Positions 63,229 through 64,000 of a DNA stretch of 64,000 bases are shown piece after piece. The stretch is from assembly GCF_016026235.1 (NCBI RefSeq), contig NZ_CP065613.1. One strand, written 5' to 3'. The notes beneath the pieces are model-generated. The model was not told the origin of the DNA. It searched no databases and saw only the letters and a list, made by a program, of their open reading frames with translations. The position numbers were made by a program, and so were the translations under genes. Source of the DNA: Escherichia coli. Its GTDB lineage: Bacteria; Pseudomonadota; Gammaproteobacteria; Enterobacterales; Enterobacteriaceae. Positions within the stretch are counted from its first letter, which is position 1. Each line of letters begins with the position of its first letter.

Positions 63229-64000
63229 TTAAATGCTTTTACCAAAAGTATTGCATTGTGCCGGATCGCCGCTGTCGAAACCACGTTTAAACCAGCTGTA
63301 GCGTTGCTGAGAAGTGCCATGAGTGAAACTGTCTGGTACTACTCGCCCCTGACTTTGCTGTTGTAAACGGTCATCGCCGATGGCCTGCGCCGCGTTCAGC
63401 GCCTCTTCCAGATCGCCGGTTTCCAGAACGCCTTGCTGCTGCATACTATGCCCCCAGACACCGGCAAAACAGTCGGCCTGGAGTTCCATACGCACAGATA
63501 AGCGGTTCACTTCCGCCTGCGTCGCGTTTTGTTGCAGTTGACGAACTTTCGGCTCGATGCCTAACAGTTTCTGCACATGATGACCGACTTCATGGGCGAT
63601 AACGTACCCTTGGGCAAAATCGCCATCCGCGCCAAGTTTGTCTTTCATGTCATCATAGAAGGAGAGATCGATATAAACCGTGCCATCCGCCGGGCAATAG
63701 AACGGCCCCATTATGGACTGGCCCGCCCCGCATCCGGTACGCGTCATTCCACGGTACATGACCAGCTTCGGTTGCTGATAGGTCTTACCCATCTTCTCGA
63801 ACTGTTGTCCCCAGGTGTCTTCCGTGGTTGCCAGAATCACCGAGGTGAATTTTGCGGCTTCGTCTTCATTTGGGCTAATTGATCGCGTTGATTGCTGTTG
63901 AGAAACCGGCTGCCCGGTCATCAACCCGGTTAAATCAACGCCATAGTAGCCTGCAACCAGCACGACTATCAGTAAAATCAGCCCGCCTTTACCGCTCGGC
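63229..64000 (-). CDS. ypfJ: Putative zinc metalloprotease YpfJ (start lies beyond window end)
   Basis: Minus-strand frame open from 63229 to the window edge; ...[20 protein letters not shown]... with HEVGHH zinc-binding motif. Confidence 0.9.

Overview
This window reads as an Escherichia coli chromosomal segment running from ligA (partial) to ypfJ (partial), with gene order as I recall it for K-12 at roughly 2.53-2.59 Mb. It carries zipA, cysZ, cysK, ptsHI-crr, pdxK, yfeK, cysM-cysAWUP, ucpA, murRQP, yfeWXYZ, ypeA, amiA, hemF, the complete 17-gene eut microcompartment operon (eutSPQTDMNEJGHABCLK plus eutR), maeB, talA, tktB, ypfG, nudK, aegA, narQ, acrD, ypfM, yffB, dapE, ypfN, ypfH and tmcA. 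All calls rest on reading the six-frame translations and recognising the proteins from memory; no database search was run. I did not find a convincing novel multi-gene system: essentially every base is accounted for by known core genes, REP/BIME repeats and three insertion sequences. The strain differs from K-12 as I recall it in several ways: (1) an IS4 copy sits in the crr/pdxK bidirectional terminator with a 12-bp target duplication; (2) yfeS is absent, leaving yfeK and cysM 2 bp apart; (3) there is no CPZ-55 prophage between eutB and eutA; (4) eutA carries an apparent +1 frameshift; (5) tktB is split by a ~1.52-kb IS110-family element with 14-bp subterminal inverted repeats and CT at both junctions; (6) an IS3-family, IS1397-like element sits inside a REP unit between tktB and ypfG. 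The most interesting item is the non-coding 3' end of the IS110-family element, a candidate guide (bridge/seek) RNA locus, though this copy is probably a catalogued IS. Many long antisense ORFs in the supplied track are mirror ORFs of real genes and were rejected.
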